A stretch of DNA of 64,000 bases from Vulcanimicrobiota bacterium (GTDB taxonomy: Bacteria > Vulcanimicrobiota > Vulcanimicrobiia > Vulcanimicrobiales > Vulcanimicrobiaceae): the NCBI GenBank assembly GCA_963714015.1, contig OY970223.1, forward strand, positions 256,001 through 320,000, in the 5' to 3' direction. This document shows, piece after piece, positions 53,344-63,009 of the stretch (within the stretch, counting starts at the first letter, position 1; each line of letters starts with the position of its first letter). The notes below the pieces were generated by a model. The model was given only the letters and a program-made list of their open reading frames with translations. It made no database searches and was not told the origin of the DNA. The translations under genes were made by a program, and so were the position numbers.

Positions 53344-53942
53344 TTCAGCGCGCCCACTTGTGTGGCAGCGCGCTCGCGCGTTTGGTCGATTGCGGAAAGC
53401 ACTTTCTGCGCGGTTTCGAATGAGCGCTGTGCGGTCAGAACGTCCAGCATCTCGCCGATCGCATCGGCGTTCGAACCTTCTAAGAACCCGCTGCGAACGA
53501 TCGTTCCAGCGTGAAGCCGAAGGCGATCCAGCACAACGCCGTTGCGAACGACCGCGCCGTTCTTGTCGATGCGCGAACCGGCCGGAACCTGCACTGCTCC
53601 TTTCGATCCCAAAACGAGGTTGCCGCCAGCATCGACGAGCCTCCCGAAGCGGTCGAGCTCAAATGCACCATTGCGCGTCTGAGTTACCGAGCCGTCGGCC
53701 TTTCGAACGGAAAATGCGCCTTTCCCCACGATGGCGAGATCCAAATCACGACCCGTTCGCCGCAAAGGCCCCTGCTCATCACTAATAAACCGCTGCAGCC
53801 GTACGCCGTTTGTCGTCAGCGACCCCTTCAGCGCGCACTTTCGAAACCCGTCAGTCGATCCGTTCGCCAAGTTCGCCGCCGCCACGTCCAGGCGGGCTTG
53901 CGCCGCGGACATCGCACCGGCCGCCCATCCAATTCCATCCAT
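53340..53942 (-). CDS. flgF: Flagellar basal-body rod protein FlgF-like
   Basis: NLANGSTDGFRK, TGRDLDLAIVGKG.F, TRNGAF, GFLEGSN, AQRSFE. Confidence 0.75.
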   Translation of the reverse strand: MDGIGWAAGAMSAAQARLDVAAANLANGSTDGFRKCALKGSLTTNGVRLQRFISDEQGPLRRTGRDLDLAIVGKGAFSVRKADGSVTQTRNGAFELDRFGRLVDAGGNLVLGSKGAVQVPAGSRIDKNGAVVRNGVVLDRLRLHAGTIVRSGFLEGSNADAIGEMLDVLTAQRSFETAQKVLSAIDQTRERAATQVGALK

Positions 53943-53986
53943 GCGCGCATGATAGACGCAGCTTGTGTCCGAACCTTGAACGGCGT

Positions 53987-54367
53987 ATGTCGACGGCTCG
54001 CACATCCATCCTGATCGGCTTCACATTGGCTGCTTGCGCTCTCGCGCTGCCTGCCTGCAGCGGCGGCACGAGCAGTTCGGCGAATCCAACCTTGGATCGC
54101 GAACAGCAGCAAGCCGCTACGCTCAAGAAACGCTACCCCGACGTGATCATGGGTACCGACGTACAGAACCGTACCCTGGCGGTCTACGTCAACGTCGACA
54201 ATATGTACTCGATGGACGAAGCCGCCGAAGCGGCAATGAAAGCGGACGCCTTGGCGCAATGGAAGCGCGTCTGGGCTTCGGCGCATGCGCATAAGCACGC
54301 GCTTTTGCGTCTGTCGGTCCGCGATTACTACGGCAAAGAGATCTACTCCGCATCCGCGCGCATCTGA
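53987..54367 (+). CDS. Hypothetical lipoprotein
   Basis: Lipobox LPAC after a hydrophobic leader. Confidence 0.6.
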   Translation: MSTARTSILIGFTLAACALALPACSGGTSSSANPTLDREQQQAATLKKRYPDVIMGTDVQNRTLAVYVNVDNMYSMDEAAEAAMKADALAQWKRVWASAHAHKHALLRLSVRDYYGKEIYSASARI

Positions 54368-54369
54368 CG

Positions 54370-55902
54370 ATGACGCGCAAGGACTACTGGTACGCGACGA
54401 GCATCTCGCTCTTCTCGTTCATCCTTTGCGGCATCCGTTATTGGTATCCGCCTGAAAAATACTTCGATGAAGTTTACTATCCGCAATCGGCGGTAGAGTA
54501 TTTGTTGCGGCAGCCTCAGTACGAATGGACGCATCCCCCGCTGACCAAACTGCTCATCGCGGTATCGATGCTGCTGTTCGGCGGCGCGCACTCTGCGCTC
54601 GGCAACGGCAGTTACGGCTGGCGTTTTTTGAACGTGGTCGTCGGCGCTGCGACCGTGTTTCTGCTTTACGCTTTTGCCAAGCGTTTGACCGGATCGACGG
54701 CATTTTCGATTATTGCCGCCGGACTGCTGGTTTTGGACGGATTCCATTTCGCTCAGTCGCGCATCGCCACACCGGAGATCACCGTCGCGTTCTTCTCGCT
54801 GCTGATCCTCTACGCGTTCACTCGTTATTTGGATTCGCTGCAGGAACGGCCGGCCGAACCCGCGCCGCCGGTTCCGAAAATCGAAGCGTTTGCCTCGTAC
54901 GCGATCGCCGGCGGTTTTGCAATCGGCATTCTGTTGATCGGACGGCTGGCGGGTCAATCCGGTGCTGCGGTCTGGTTGATGAGCGTTTTCCTGACGCTTG
55001 CTTTTTACACGGTGCTGCGGTTCCGTCTGGCGCCGCCCGGAGGTCCGCGTCTGTGGCTCTGGATTACCGCGCTCGGGTGCGGTCTTGGCGCCGCTTCCAA
55101 GTGGAACGATCTGTTCGATCTGATCGTCATATGCGGTTTTGCCTGCGGCGTCGTGCTCTTTCCGCGTCTCGAGTGGCGACTGCCGCTGGACGCGTTCTTG
55201 GCGGCCGTGCTTTCCGTGACGATCGCGGTGTATTTGACGTCTTATATTCCGTTTTTTCTGACGCCGCATCCGGCCTCGTACGAAGCGCGGAACGATCTCA
55301 CCGGTTTGATGGATCTGCAGTATCAGATGTACTACTATCACGACGTCACGCTTAGGCATTATACGCCGCATCCGTACAGTTCGAAATGGTGGGAGTGGCC
55401 GCTCCTCTATCAGCCGATTGCGTACTGGTATAAGGATTATCGCACCGGGCCTGCCGCACGTGTGGCCGCCGGCTGCTGCGTTGCGGAGATCATGGCTCTG
55501 CCGAACCCAATGAGCTGGTGGTTCGGGCTGCTCTCGATACCATTTCTGGGCTACTTGGCGTTAATCAGGCGCAGCCGCGCGTATCTGCTGCTGTTCGTCG
55601 CGTATTTCGCGCAGTGGCTTCCGTGGATCGCCTCACCGCGCATGCTCTTCGAGTATCATTTTTTTCCGAACGACGCCATCATTCTGCTCGCCGACACCAT
55701 CGCGCTGCAGTGGATGTACGATCGAGCGAAGACTTCCGGTTTTCAGCAAGAGCTCTTGGCGCGCTGGGGCATCGGCGTATTTCTGGCCGCTTGCCTCATC
55801 ATGTTCGTGTACTTCTATCCCGTTCTTGCCGGCGATCATATCAGCTACGCGCAGTGGCAATCGCGCATGTGGTTCCGCCACTGGATTATCGGCCCCGGCT
55901 AA
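54370..55902 (+). CDS. Protein O-mannosyltransferase (PMT/GT39) family
   Basis: FDEVYY, HPPLTKLLIA, GWRF, SRIA, ASKWN, HPYSSKWWEWP, FEYHF. Confidence 0.88.
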   Translation: MTRKDYWYATSISLFSFILCGIRYWYPPEKYFDEVYYPQSAVEYLLRQPQYEWTHPPLTKLLIAVSMLLFGGAHSALGNGSYGWRFLNVVVGAATVFLLYAFAKRLTGSTAFSIIAAGLLVLDGFHFAQSRIATPEITVAFFSLLILYAFTRYLDSLQERPAEPAPPVPKIEAFASYAIAGGFAIGILLIGRLAGQSGAAVWLMSVFLTLAFYTVLRFRLAPPGGPRLWLWITALGCGLGAASKWNDLFDLIVICGFACGVVLFPRLEWRLPLDAFLAAVLSVTIAVYLTSYIPFFLTPHPASYEARNDLTGLMDLQYQMYYYHDVTLRHYTPHPYSSKWWEWPLLYQPIAYWYKDYRTGPAARVAAGCCVAEIMALPNPMSWWFGLLSIPFLGYLALIRRSRAYLLLFVAYFAQWLPWIASPRMLFEYHFFPNDAIILLADTIALQWMYDRAKTSGFQQELLARWGIGVFLAACLIMFVYFYPVLAGDHISYAQWQSRMWFRHWIIGPG

Positions 55903-55920
55903 TATCCTAGGCCCCCACGG

Positions 55921-56998
55921 TCATAAATTGGCAATGACCCGTTGCGTAAATTCTTCCGTATTCAGCGCCGGCTCTCCGCTGCGCGCGAGTTCCTTTGTGC
56001 GAGCCCCTAATGCGAACGCGCGCTCTACCGCGCGCTCTATGCGCGCGGCGCCGGCGGCATCGTCCAAACTGTGACGCAGCAGCATGGCGGCGGAAAGAAT
56101 TGCCGCGGTCGGATTGGCGACACCTTGCCCGGCGATGTCCGGAGCGCTGCCGCTGATCGGTTCGTAGAGTCCGAACCGCCGGTTTCCGCTGCCGCGCGTT
56201 CCGAGGCTCGCGCTCGGCAAGTTTCCGATCGAGCCGGTCAAGATCGCTGCTTCGTCCGAGAGAATGTCGCCGAACATGTTCTCCGTGACGATGACGTCGA
56301 AGTCGGCGGGGCGCCGAACGAGCTGCATTGCGGCGTTGTCGACGAGAAGATGCGAGAGGCGCACGTCCGGATAATCGGCCGCAACGCGTTCGACGACACG
56401 CCGCCACAAGCGTGAAGTCTCCAAAATGTTTTGTTTGTCGATCGACGTGAGTCTGCTTGCGCCGTCCGCGCGCCAAATCGAACGCCACGCGCGCGATCCG
56501 TTCGATCTCGGGCGCGCGATAGATCATCGTGTCGACGGCCTCTTCGATTCCGTCTGCTCCGATTCGCTGCTCTTTGGGCTTGCCGAAATAGATGCCGCCC
56601 GTGAGTTCGCGCACGACGACGAGGTCCAACCCGCGCACCAGCTCCGGCAACAGACTCGACGCCGCCTCGAGTCCCGCAAAGACGCGAACCGGTCGAATAT
56701 TCGCATAGAGTTCGAAGCTGCCGCGCAAGATGAACAAGGCATACTCGGGGCGTTCAGCCAGCGGCTTTCCGTCGTATTCGGGAAGTCCCACCGCGCCGAA
56801 CAGAATAGCTGCGCTGCGTTCGCAGAGCTCGCGAGCCTCATCGGGCAACGGCGGTTTACCTTGGCGCAGCGGCCCGGCGCCGACATCGGCGTGCTGGTAC
56901 TCCAGATCGGGGCGAACGGTAGAGAGCACGCGCACGGCGGAGCGCGTGACCTCAGGCCCGATGCCGTCACCGGGCAATACCGCGACGACCTGCGCCAA
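55921..56998 (-). CDS. leuB: 3-isopropylmalate dehydrogenase (frameshift at 56452)
   Basis: [28 protein letters not shown]; second frame [28 protein letters not shown]. Confidence 0.93.
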
Positions 56999-57000
56999 GA

Positions 57001-57543
57001 TCAGTACACGGTTATTCGCGTAGTTTCGGTCTGCGGCGCGGGCTGCGGTTCCGGCGACGCATCGGTTTCGGCGTGGAGCGTCGTGCCGTTCGTGTTCGGA
57101 ACGGCGCGTTCGAGCAACGCCAGATGCGTCATCAGCAGGCTGCGCAGCTCGCTCTTGGCTTTTTCAGCGGATTCCAGCGCACGCTGATGCTCGCGCCGAG
57201 CGTCCGCCGCAGCATCGGTGAACGAAGCAATCTCGCGCTCCGATGCGATGCGCGCCTTTTCTTTGATCAGATCCGCTTCTTTATGCGCCGATGCCTTCAC
57301 CTCGTCGGCTGTGCGCTGGGCAAGTACCAGCGTGTTTTGCAGCGACTCTTCCATCGCTTTGAAGTGGCTGATGCGTTCCTTGAGATCGGCGACCTCCGCT
57401 TGAAGGGCAGCGACGTGCTGAGCGTCGTCTTCCAGCGTTTCGATGATCTCGTCGAGGAACTGATCCACTTCGGCGCGGTCATAGCCTTGCAGCGCCTTCT
57501 TGAAGCTTCTGTGCTGGATGTCTATCGGCGTAATCTTTTGCAC
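57001..57543 (-). CDS. divIVA: DivIVA domain protein
   Basis: ITPIDIQHRSFKKALQGYDRAEVDQFLD plus coiled coil. Confidence 0.92.
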   Translation of the reverse strand: MQKITPIDIQHRSFKKALQGYDRAEVDQFLDEIIETLEDDAQHVAALQAEVADLKERISHFKAMEESLQNTLVLAQRTADEVKASAHKEADLIKEKARIASEREIASFTDAAADARREHQRALESAEKAKSELRSLLMTHLALLERAVPNTNGTTLHAETDASPEPQPAPQTETTRITVY

Positions 57544-57547
57544 GGCG

Positions 57548-57964
57548 TCATCCCCGGTTGGAGAGGAAATCCAACGAGCCGTCGGCCATCATGGAGTCGC
57601 GCAATCCCTGCGCGTTTACCACAACGCCCGCCGGCACGACCAAGTAGATGGCTTCCGCCAGTTTCTGAATCTTCCCGTCGATCGTGTACGCAACGCCCGA
57701 CGTGAAGTCGACGACCCGCTGCAGCAGCGTGCGATCGGCGTTCTGCAGATTGACGATCACGACTTGGCGGCTGCGCAGCGCATCCGCAATCTCCGTGACG
57801 TCGCCGAACGAGCGCGGAGAGTAGACGCTGACCTCGGTACCGCCGCGGCGCCCCGCGTTGCTGAGCGGAACGACGGTCCGGGACCCCGCAGGTTCGTCTT
57901 CGTAGAGTTCGTCGTCCTCATCGTTCATTGAGAAAAAGGAGCCGATTTTGCTGAACATGCTCAT
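57548..57964 (-). CDS. sepF: Cell division protein SepF
   Basis: PRSFGDVTEIADAL, VIVNL, RVVDFTSGVAYTIDGKIQK. Confidence 0.92.
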   Translation of the reverse strand: MSMFSKIGSFFSMNDEDDELYEDEPAGSRTVVPLSNAGRRGGTEVSVYSPRSFGDVTEIADALRSRQVVIVNLQNADRTLLQRVVDFTSGVAYTIDGKIQKLAEAIYLVVPAGVVVNAQGLRDSMMADGSLDFLSNRG

Positions 57965-57997
57965 GGCACTACCTCGTTTACCGCGGCAATTGCGCCG

Positions 57998-58666
57998 CTA
58001 CATTACTGCGTTCTTCGACGTTCGCGGCGCGGGTCTTGGTCCGAAAATCGTGCTGCCGGCGCGTATCATCGTTGAGCCTGCACGTACTGCAAGCGGCCAG
58101 TCGCCGCTCATTCCGATCGACAGCGTGTCGCCGCCGATGCGAGAAAAGACCCGCGCGGCCAGGTCGAAGGAACGCGCGATTTCGTCCGAGTCGCCGGTGA
58201 TAGGGCCGATCGCCATGATCCCACGCAAATCCAGATGCTCCAGCGCTTGGAGCTGGGCGGCAAGTTTCTCCGCGTTTTCGGGCGCACAGCCGAAACGCTC
58301 GGCCGGCGATACGTTGAGCTGCAAGAGGACGGGCAAGCGCTTGCCGAGCCCTTCGGCGGCTTTGGCAAGCGCCGCTCCGGCGTCGAGCCGGTCGACGCTC
58401 TGCACCCAATCGAACGTGGCCGCTATTGCTTTGGCTTTGTTCGTTTGAATGTGTCCGATGAAGTGCTTGACGACTCGCTCGCCCAAATCCGGATCGCCGT
58501 ACTTCGCGCGCGCTTCCTGGACGTAGTTTTCGCCGACCTCTTCTGCGCCCGCGTCGAGTGCTTCGCGCACGGCGAAAGCCGGGTGAAATTTCGTGACCGC
58601 TACGATGCGGACGTGCGCCGGAACTTCAGCGCGAAGGCGCTGATACCGCTGCGCTATTGTTTCCAA
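57998..58666 (-). CDS. yggS: YggS family PLP-binding protein
   Basis: VAVTK, GENYVQE, HFIGHIQTNKAK, LSIGMSGD, GSTMIRAGSTIFG. Confidence 0.93.
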   Translation of the reverse strand: METIAQRYQRLRAEVPAHVRIVAVTKFHPAFAVREALDAGAEEVGENYVQEARAKYGDPDLGERVVKHFIGHIQTNKAKAIAATFDWVQSVDRLDAGAALAKAAEGLGKRLPVLLQLNVSPAERFGCAPENAEKLAAQLQALEHLDLRGIMAIGPITGDSDEIARSFDLAARVFSRIGGDTLSIGMSGDWPLAVRAGSTMIRAGSTIFGPRPAPRTSKNAVM

Positions 58667-59489
58667 CGGGGCGCTCGTCCGTGTGCTTGTGCTTTCTCAT
58701 GCACACGTATATTCCGATAATGCCGATTGGAATCATCGGAATTGCGTAAAGCTGGCCGCCCGTGATCCCGTGCCACACGAAATCGGCATGACGCCACGTC
58801 TCGGCGACCGTACGCGTGATTCCGTACATCGTGAACCAGCTCCAGGCGACGACGCCGTCCGGCGGCCGCTGCTTGTAGATGATCAGCAGAATGGGAAGCG
58901 TAATCGCGTCGAGTATCGCTTCGTAAATCTGCGAGGGATGGCGGTAGTAAGAGCCCCAATCTGCCGTATTGCCGGGGATCATGCACCACGGATGATCCGG
59001 AACGCACCGGTCGCCCCAGAGCTCGTCGTTGATGAAGTTGACGCAGCGCGTGAGCGTGATCCCGACCGGCAGCAGCATCACGACTTCGTCGCCGAGCACG
59101 GAAAACGTCAGCCCGGGATGCTTGCGTAAGAACAGCAGCAGGGCCACGATTACGCCGACCAACCCGCCGTGGAAGGCCATGCCGCCGTTCCAAACGGCGA
59201 CGAAGTTGATGGGATTGCTGAAATACATCCCCGCGTCGTGCTTGCTGATCATGTCGTTGATGACGAAGAACGTGCGGCCGCCGATCAGGACGCCTACCAG
59301 CGCATAGACGAGAAAATCCTGAATTTGCTCGCGCGTCAAACCGAGCCGGCGCCTTCCCGAAGGCCGGCTCATCCAGAAATAGACCGCGATGAATCCAATC
59401 AGGTACGAGATGCCGTACCAATGGACGGCAAGCGGTCCTAACCGGAACGCTATCGGGCTAAGATTGGGATAGACAAACCAGTGATTCAT
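58626..59489 (-). CDS. lgt: Prolipoprotein diacylglyceryl transferase
   Basis: VHWYG, GGMAFHGG, NFINDELWG, RHPSQIYE. Confidence 0.93.
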   Translation of the reverse strand: MNHWFVYPNLSPIAFRLGPLAVHWYGISYLIGFIAVYFWMSRPSGRRRLGLTREQIQDFLVYALVGVLIGGRTFFVINDMISKHDAGMYFSNPINFVAVWNGGMAFHGGLVGVIVALLLFLRKHPGLTFSVLGDEVVMLLPVGITLTRCVNFINDELWGDRCVPDHPWCMIPGNTADWGSYYRHPSQIYEAILDAITLPILLIIYKQRPPDGVVAWSWFTMYGITRTVAETWRHADFVWHGITGGQLYAIPMIPIGIIGIYVCMRKHKHTDERPVGNNSAAVSAPSR

Positions 59490-59523
59490 TGATACAGCAT
59501 GACTAAAGAGGGCCTCGTCTAAA

Positions 59524-60294
59524 ATGAGCGGTGTGGGCACAGCACACTTGACGGTCGGAATCGCCTTTCTGGCGGGGCTCGTTTCCTTTGTCTCTCCGTG
59601 CGTCCTTCCGCTGGTGCCGGCGTATCTCTCGTTTCTCACCGGATCGTCCGTCGAAGAGCTGCGCGAGAATACACGGCTCGATTCGCGTGCCGCGACGCTG
59701 GCGCACGCGATCGCCTTCATCGCCGGATTCACTATCGTCTTCGTGCTTTTCGGCGCGTCGGCGAGTGCTTTGGGCGCGGCCTTCCGCGCCAATCAAGTGC
59801 TGCTGGCGCGCATCGGCGGGGCCGTCGTCATTCTGCTCGGCCTGCAGATGATTCTTCAGGCATTCGGCCTGGGTGCCCGGTTTCTGGCCAGGGACACTCG
59901 GGTGCAGGTGCAGACCAAGCGCCGTTCCCTCATCGCCTCGGGAATCGTCGGTCTGGCGTTCGCCGCCGGCTGGTCGCCGTGCATTGGGCCGATTCTGGCC
60001 GGAATACTGGCCCTGGCCTCACAGGAGCAGGGGGTTCGGCAGGGAGCGTGGCTGCTGTTCGTCTATTCCATGGGCTTGGCCGTGCCGTTTTTCATCACCG
60101 CCCTGGCGGTTGGCGCGATATTGCCCGCACTGAACCGCATCAAGCGGGTCATGCCGGTCATCGAAGTCACGGCCGGAGTGTTCATGATTTTCACGGGGGC
60201 CATACTTGTCACAAACTCGTTCCTACGAATCGCCGGGTGGTTCTATCAGTACATCCCGCAGCCAAAGTCTCTGATATCGCGCAGCTGGTCGTAG
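59524..60294 (+). CDS. ccdA: Cytochrome c biogenesis protein CcdA (true stop probably ~60274)
   Basis: AGLVSFVSPCVLPLVPAYL, GWSPCIGPIL, YSMGLAVPF. Confidence 0.9.
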   Translation: MSGVGTAHLTVGIAFLAGLVSFVSPCVLPLVPAYLSFLTGSSVEELRENTRLDSRAATLAHAIAFIAGFTIVFVLFGASASALGAAFRANQVLLARIGGAVVILLGLQMILQAFGLGARFLARDTRVQVQTKRRSLIASGIVGLAFAAGWSPCIGPILAGILALASQEQGVRQGAWLLFVYSMGLAVPFFITALAVGAILPALNRIKRVMPVIEVTAGVFMIFTGAILVTNSFLRIAGWFYQYIPQPKSLISRSWS

Positions 60295-60725
60295 TCGCGG
60301 CGATCGTGGTCGCGCTCGATCAATACACCAAGCACATCGTCACTTCGACGTTTCTTCCGGGCGAGAGCCGCTTCGCGATTCCGCGTTTTCTGCGCTGGAC
60401 GTACGAACAGAACGTACACGGCGCCTTCGGCATGTTCGGCTCTTCGCCGTTTCTGCTGATTGTGATGGCGCTCATCGTTCTTGCGATCTTCTGGTACTCG
60501 TTCCGCGATCAGGCGCGGCAATCGCTGCTCGTGCGGATCGCATTCGGCATGATCACGGGCGGCGCCATCGGCAATATCATCGACCGGGTACACTATCGTT
60601 ACGTCGTTGACTTCATCGACTTTTACCGGATTTGGCCGAACATCTTCAACGTGGCCGACGCCTGCATCACCGTCGGCGTCATTTTACTGATCCTCTCGAG
60701 TCTTGCAGCACGTCGTCACGCCTGA
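60276..60725 (+). CDS. lspA: Lipoprotein signal peptidase II (start approximate)
   Basis: LDQYTK, NVHGAFG, GGAIGNIIDR, VVDFI, FNVADACI. Confidence 0.92.
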   Translation: MAQLVVVAAIVVALDQYTKHIVTSTFLPGESRFAIPRFLRWTYEQNVHGAFGMFGSSPFLLIVMALIVLAIFWYSFRDQARQSLLVRIAFGMITGGAIGNIIDRVHYRYVVDFIDFYRIWPNIFNVADACITVGVILLILSSLAARRHA

Positions 60726-61593
60726 CGAAGCCGGCAAACGTGCCGACGTCATCGTCGCGCATCATACCGGTTTTTCGCGGTCTCTTGTCGCAGACGCCGT
60801 GCGCCGCGGCGAGGTGCGGGTCAACGGTAACGCCGTAAAGGGCAGTTATCTCGCCGCTTCGGGCGACGTCATCGACTATGTCCTTCTCGAAAGACCGGCA
60901 ATTGCGGTCGAACCGGAAGCGATCGATCTAAGCATCATCTTCGAGGACGACGACGTCATCGTCATCGACAAGGCCGCGGGTATGGTGACGCATCCGGCGC
61001 ACGGGGCAACGAGTGGCACGCTGGTGAACGCGCTGCTGGCGCACGTTCGATCGCTGCCCGGCGACGCGCTGCGGCCCGGCCTCGTCCACCGGCTCGACCG
61101 CGACACCTCGGGGCTCATCGTCGTGGCGAAATCCGAATCAGCGCTCAGCGCATTGGGCAAAGCGATGAAAGCGCGTCATATCAGCCGGGAATATTTAGGG
61201 CTGGTCACGGGAGTGCCGCAGCATCCGCGGGGAACCGTCGACGGAGCGATTGGGCGCGACCCGCATAACCGGCTCCGATATGCGATCACGGCCGAAGGCA
61301 AACCGGCGATCACGCACTACGAGATTCGCCAAGGACTCCACAACGCGGCGGAGCTCCTATTTCGTTTGGAGACCGGCCGCACGCATCAAATTCGCGTGCA
61401 CATGGCCGCTATGAGACATCCTCTCGTGAACGACCCAGTCTATGGAAAGACCGATCCGCGGTTCGATTTGCCCGGACAAGCATTGCATGCGTGGCGCCTG
61501 TCGTTTCGCCATCCGCGCAGCGGCCGCGAAATGGTCTTTCAAGCGGATCCTCCGGCGGAGTACACCAGCGCGAAAGCACTCCTGGGACGATGA
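60703..61593 (+). CDS. RluA/RluD family pseudouridine synthase
   Basis: S4-like N-terminus, GLVHRLDRDTSG, LETGRTHQIRVH, QALHA. Confidence 0.93.
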   Translation: MQHVVTPDEAGKRADVIVAHHTGFSRSLVADAVRRGEVRVNGNAVKGSYLAASGDVIDYVLLERPAIAVEPEAIDLSIIFEDDDVIVIDKAAGMVTHPAHGATSGTLVNALLAHVRSLPGDALRPGLVHRLDRDTSGLIVVAKSESALSALGKAMKARHISREYLGLVTGVPQHPRGTVDGAIGRDPHNRLRYAITAEGKPAITHYEIRQGLHNAAELLFRLETGRTHQIRVHMAAMRHPLVNDPVYGKTDPRFDLPGQALHAWRLSFRHPRSGREMVFQADPPAEYTSAKALLGR

Positions 61594-62693
61594 GCAGCTT
61601 CGTGCTGCGTCGCTGCGATGCAAGCGCCCGGCGCGGAACGTTGACGCTCGCGCACGGAACCGTCGAAACGCCGGCGTTCATGCCCGTTGGAACTGCGGCG
61701 ACGGTTAAAGGACTGACGACGGACGATCTGCGCTCGGCCCACTCGCAGATCGTTCTTGCCAATACTTATCATCTCTCACTGCGGCCCGGACTCGACATTC
61801 TGCTCGCCGCGGGCGGACTGCACGCGTTCATGGGATGGAACGGCCCTCTTCTGACCGATAGCGGCGGTTTTCAAGTTTTCAGTTTGGAGTCGCGGCGCAC
61901 GCTCGACGAGGACGGCGTAACGTTTGCTTCGCATCTGGACGGCAGCCGCCACCGCTTTACGCCCGAAAACGTGCTGTCGTTTCAAGAAGAGATCGGCGTC
62001 GACATCGCGATGCAGCTCGACGTCTGCGTCAAGCTTCCCGCGGATCGTCAAGCGATTGACGAATCGGTTCGGCTGTCCGCCGAATGGGCGCGCCGCACTT
62101 CGAATGCGCGCAGGCGGCAAGCGACGCTGCTCTTTGCGATTGCACAAGGCGGTCTGGAGAAGGCGGCGCGACAGCAAAGCGTTGAAGCGATTACGGCACT
62201 CGACCTTCCCGGTTATGCAATTGGCGGGCTCTCCGTAGGCGAGACACGAGAGCAGATGTACGAAATCGCGCGTTTTACCGCCGGTTTGCTGCCTGCCGAA
62301 AAGCCGCGATACCTCATGGGGGTCGGAACCGTACGTGACCTGCTCGTGGCGGTCGACTGCGGAATCGACATGTTCGACTGCGTCTATCCTACGCGTTGCG
62401 GGCGCAACGGACGAGCGATGACGCGCCGGGGCGAATTTGCGATTCGAAACGCGGCGTACGCTAGGGATTTCTCGCCGTTGGACGCGACCTGCGGCTGCTT
62501 TGTGTGCCGTGAGCACACGCGCGCCTATCTTTCGCATCTGTTCCGCTGCAACGAGATGCTGGGGCCCCGGCTGCTCTCCTATCACAACGTGTATCTGCTG
62601 AACGATCTGCTGCGCGAGGCGCGCTCTGCAATCGAAGCAGGGACTTGGCAAACGTTCCGCGATAGCGTCCTGCGTGAATCCGCTAAGAAATGA
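61590..62693 (+). CDS. tgt: tRNA-guanine transglycosylase
   Basis: TPAFMPVGT, LTDSGGFQVFSL, IGGLSVGE, RYLMGVG, DMFDCV, CxCxxC zinc site. Confidence 0.96.
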   Translation: MSSFVLRRCDASARRGTLTLAHGTVETPAFMPVGTAATVKGLTTDDLRSAHSQIVLANTYHLSLRPGLDILLAAGGLHAFMGWNGPLLTDSGGFQVFSLESRRTLDEDGVTFASHLDGSRHRFTPENVLSFQEEIGVDIAMQLDVCVKLPADRQAIDESVRLSAEWARRTSNARRRQATLLFAIAQGGLEKAARQQSVEAITALDLPGYAIGGLSVGETREQMYEIARFTAGLLPAEKPRYLMGVGTVRDLLVAVDCGIDMFDCVYPTRCGRNGRAMTRRGEFAIRNAAYARDFSPLDATCGCFVCREHTRAYLSHLFRCNEMLGPRLLSYHNVYLLNDLLREARSAIEAGTWQTFRDSVLRESAKK

Positions 62694-62965
62694 GTTGTAG
62701 ACTTTTCGTCGCCGGCTATCCGCGCGAGGCATCGAAGGCCGACCTAGCGCTGCTTTTCCGCCAATTCGGCGCCGGCGAAGACGACGTCACCTTCCCGCGC
62801 GACCGGCGCAGCCGCCGAAAGAAAGGTTACGCGTACGTCACCGTGGGCGACGACCAAAAGGCCGAGGCTGCCGTCAAGACGCTCAACCTTTTTGAGATCG
62901 ACGGAAAACAGCTCACCGTGATCCGCGCCGAAGACCGTCCGCCCAAGCGTCCGCGGCGCCGTTGA
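62690..62965 (+). CDS. RRM (RNP-1) RNA-binding protein
   Basis: RLFVAGYP (RNP2), KGYAYVTV (RNP1). Confidence 0.85.
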   Translation: MSCRLFVAGYPREASKADLALLFRQFGAGEDDVTFPRDRRSRRKKGYAYVTVGDDQKAEAAVKTLNLFEIDGKQLTVIRAEDRPPKRPRRR

Positions 62966-63009
62966 AGAGTTCGCCGCGGGATTCTGGCGGCTGAAAAGAT
63001 AGCCTCACG

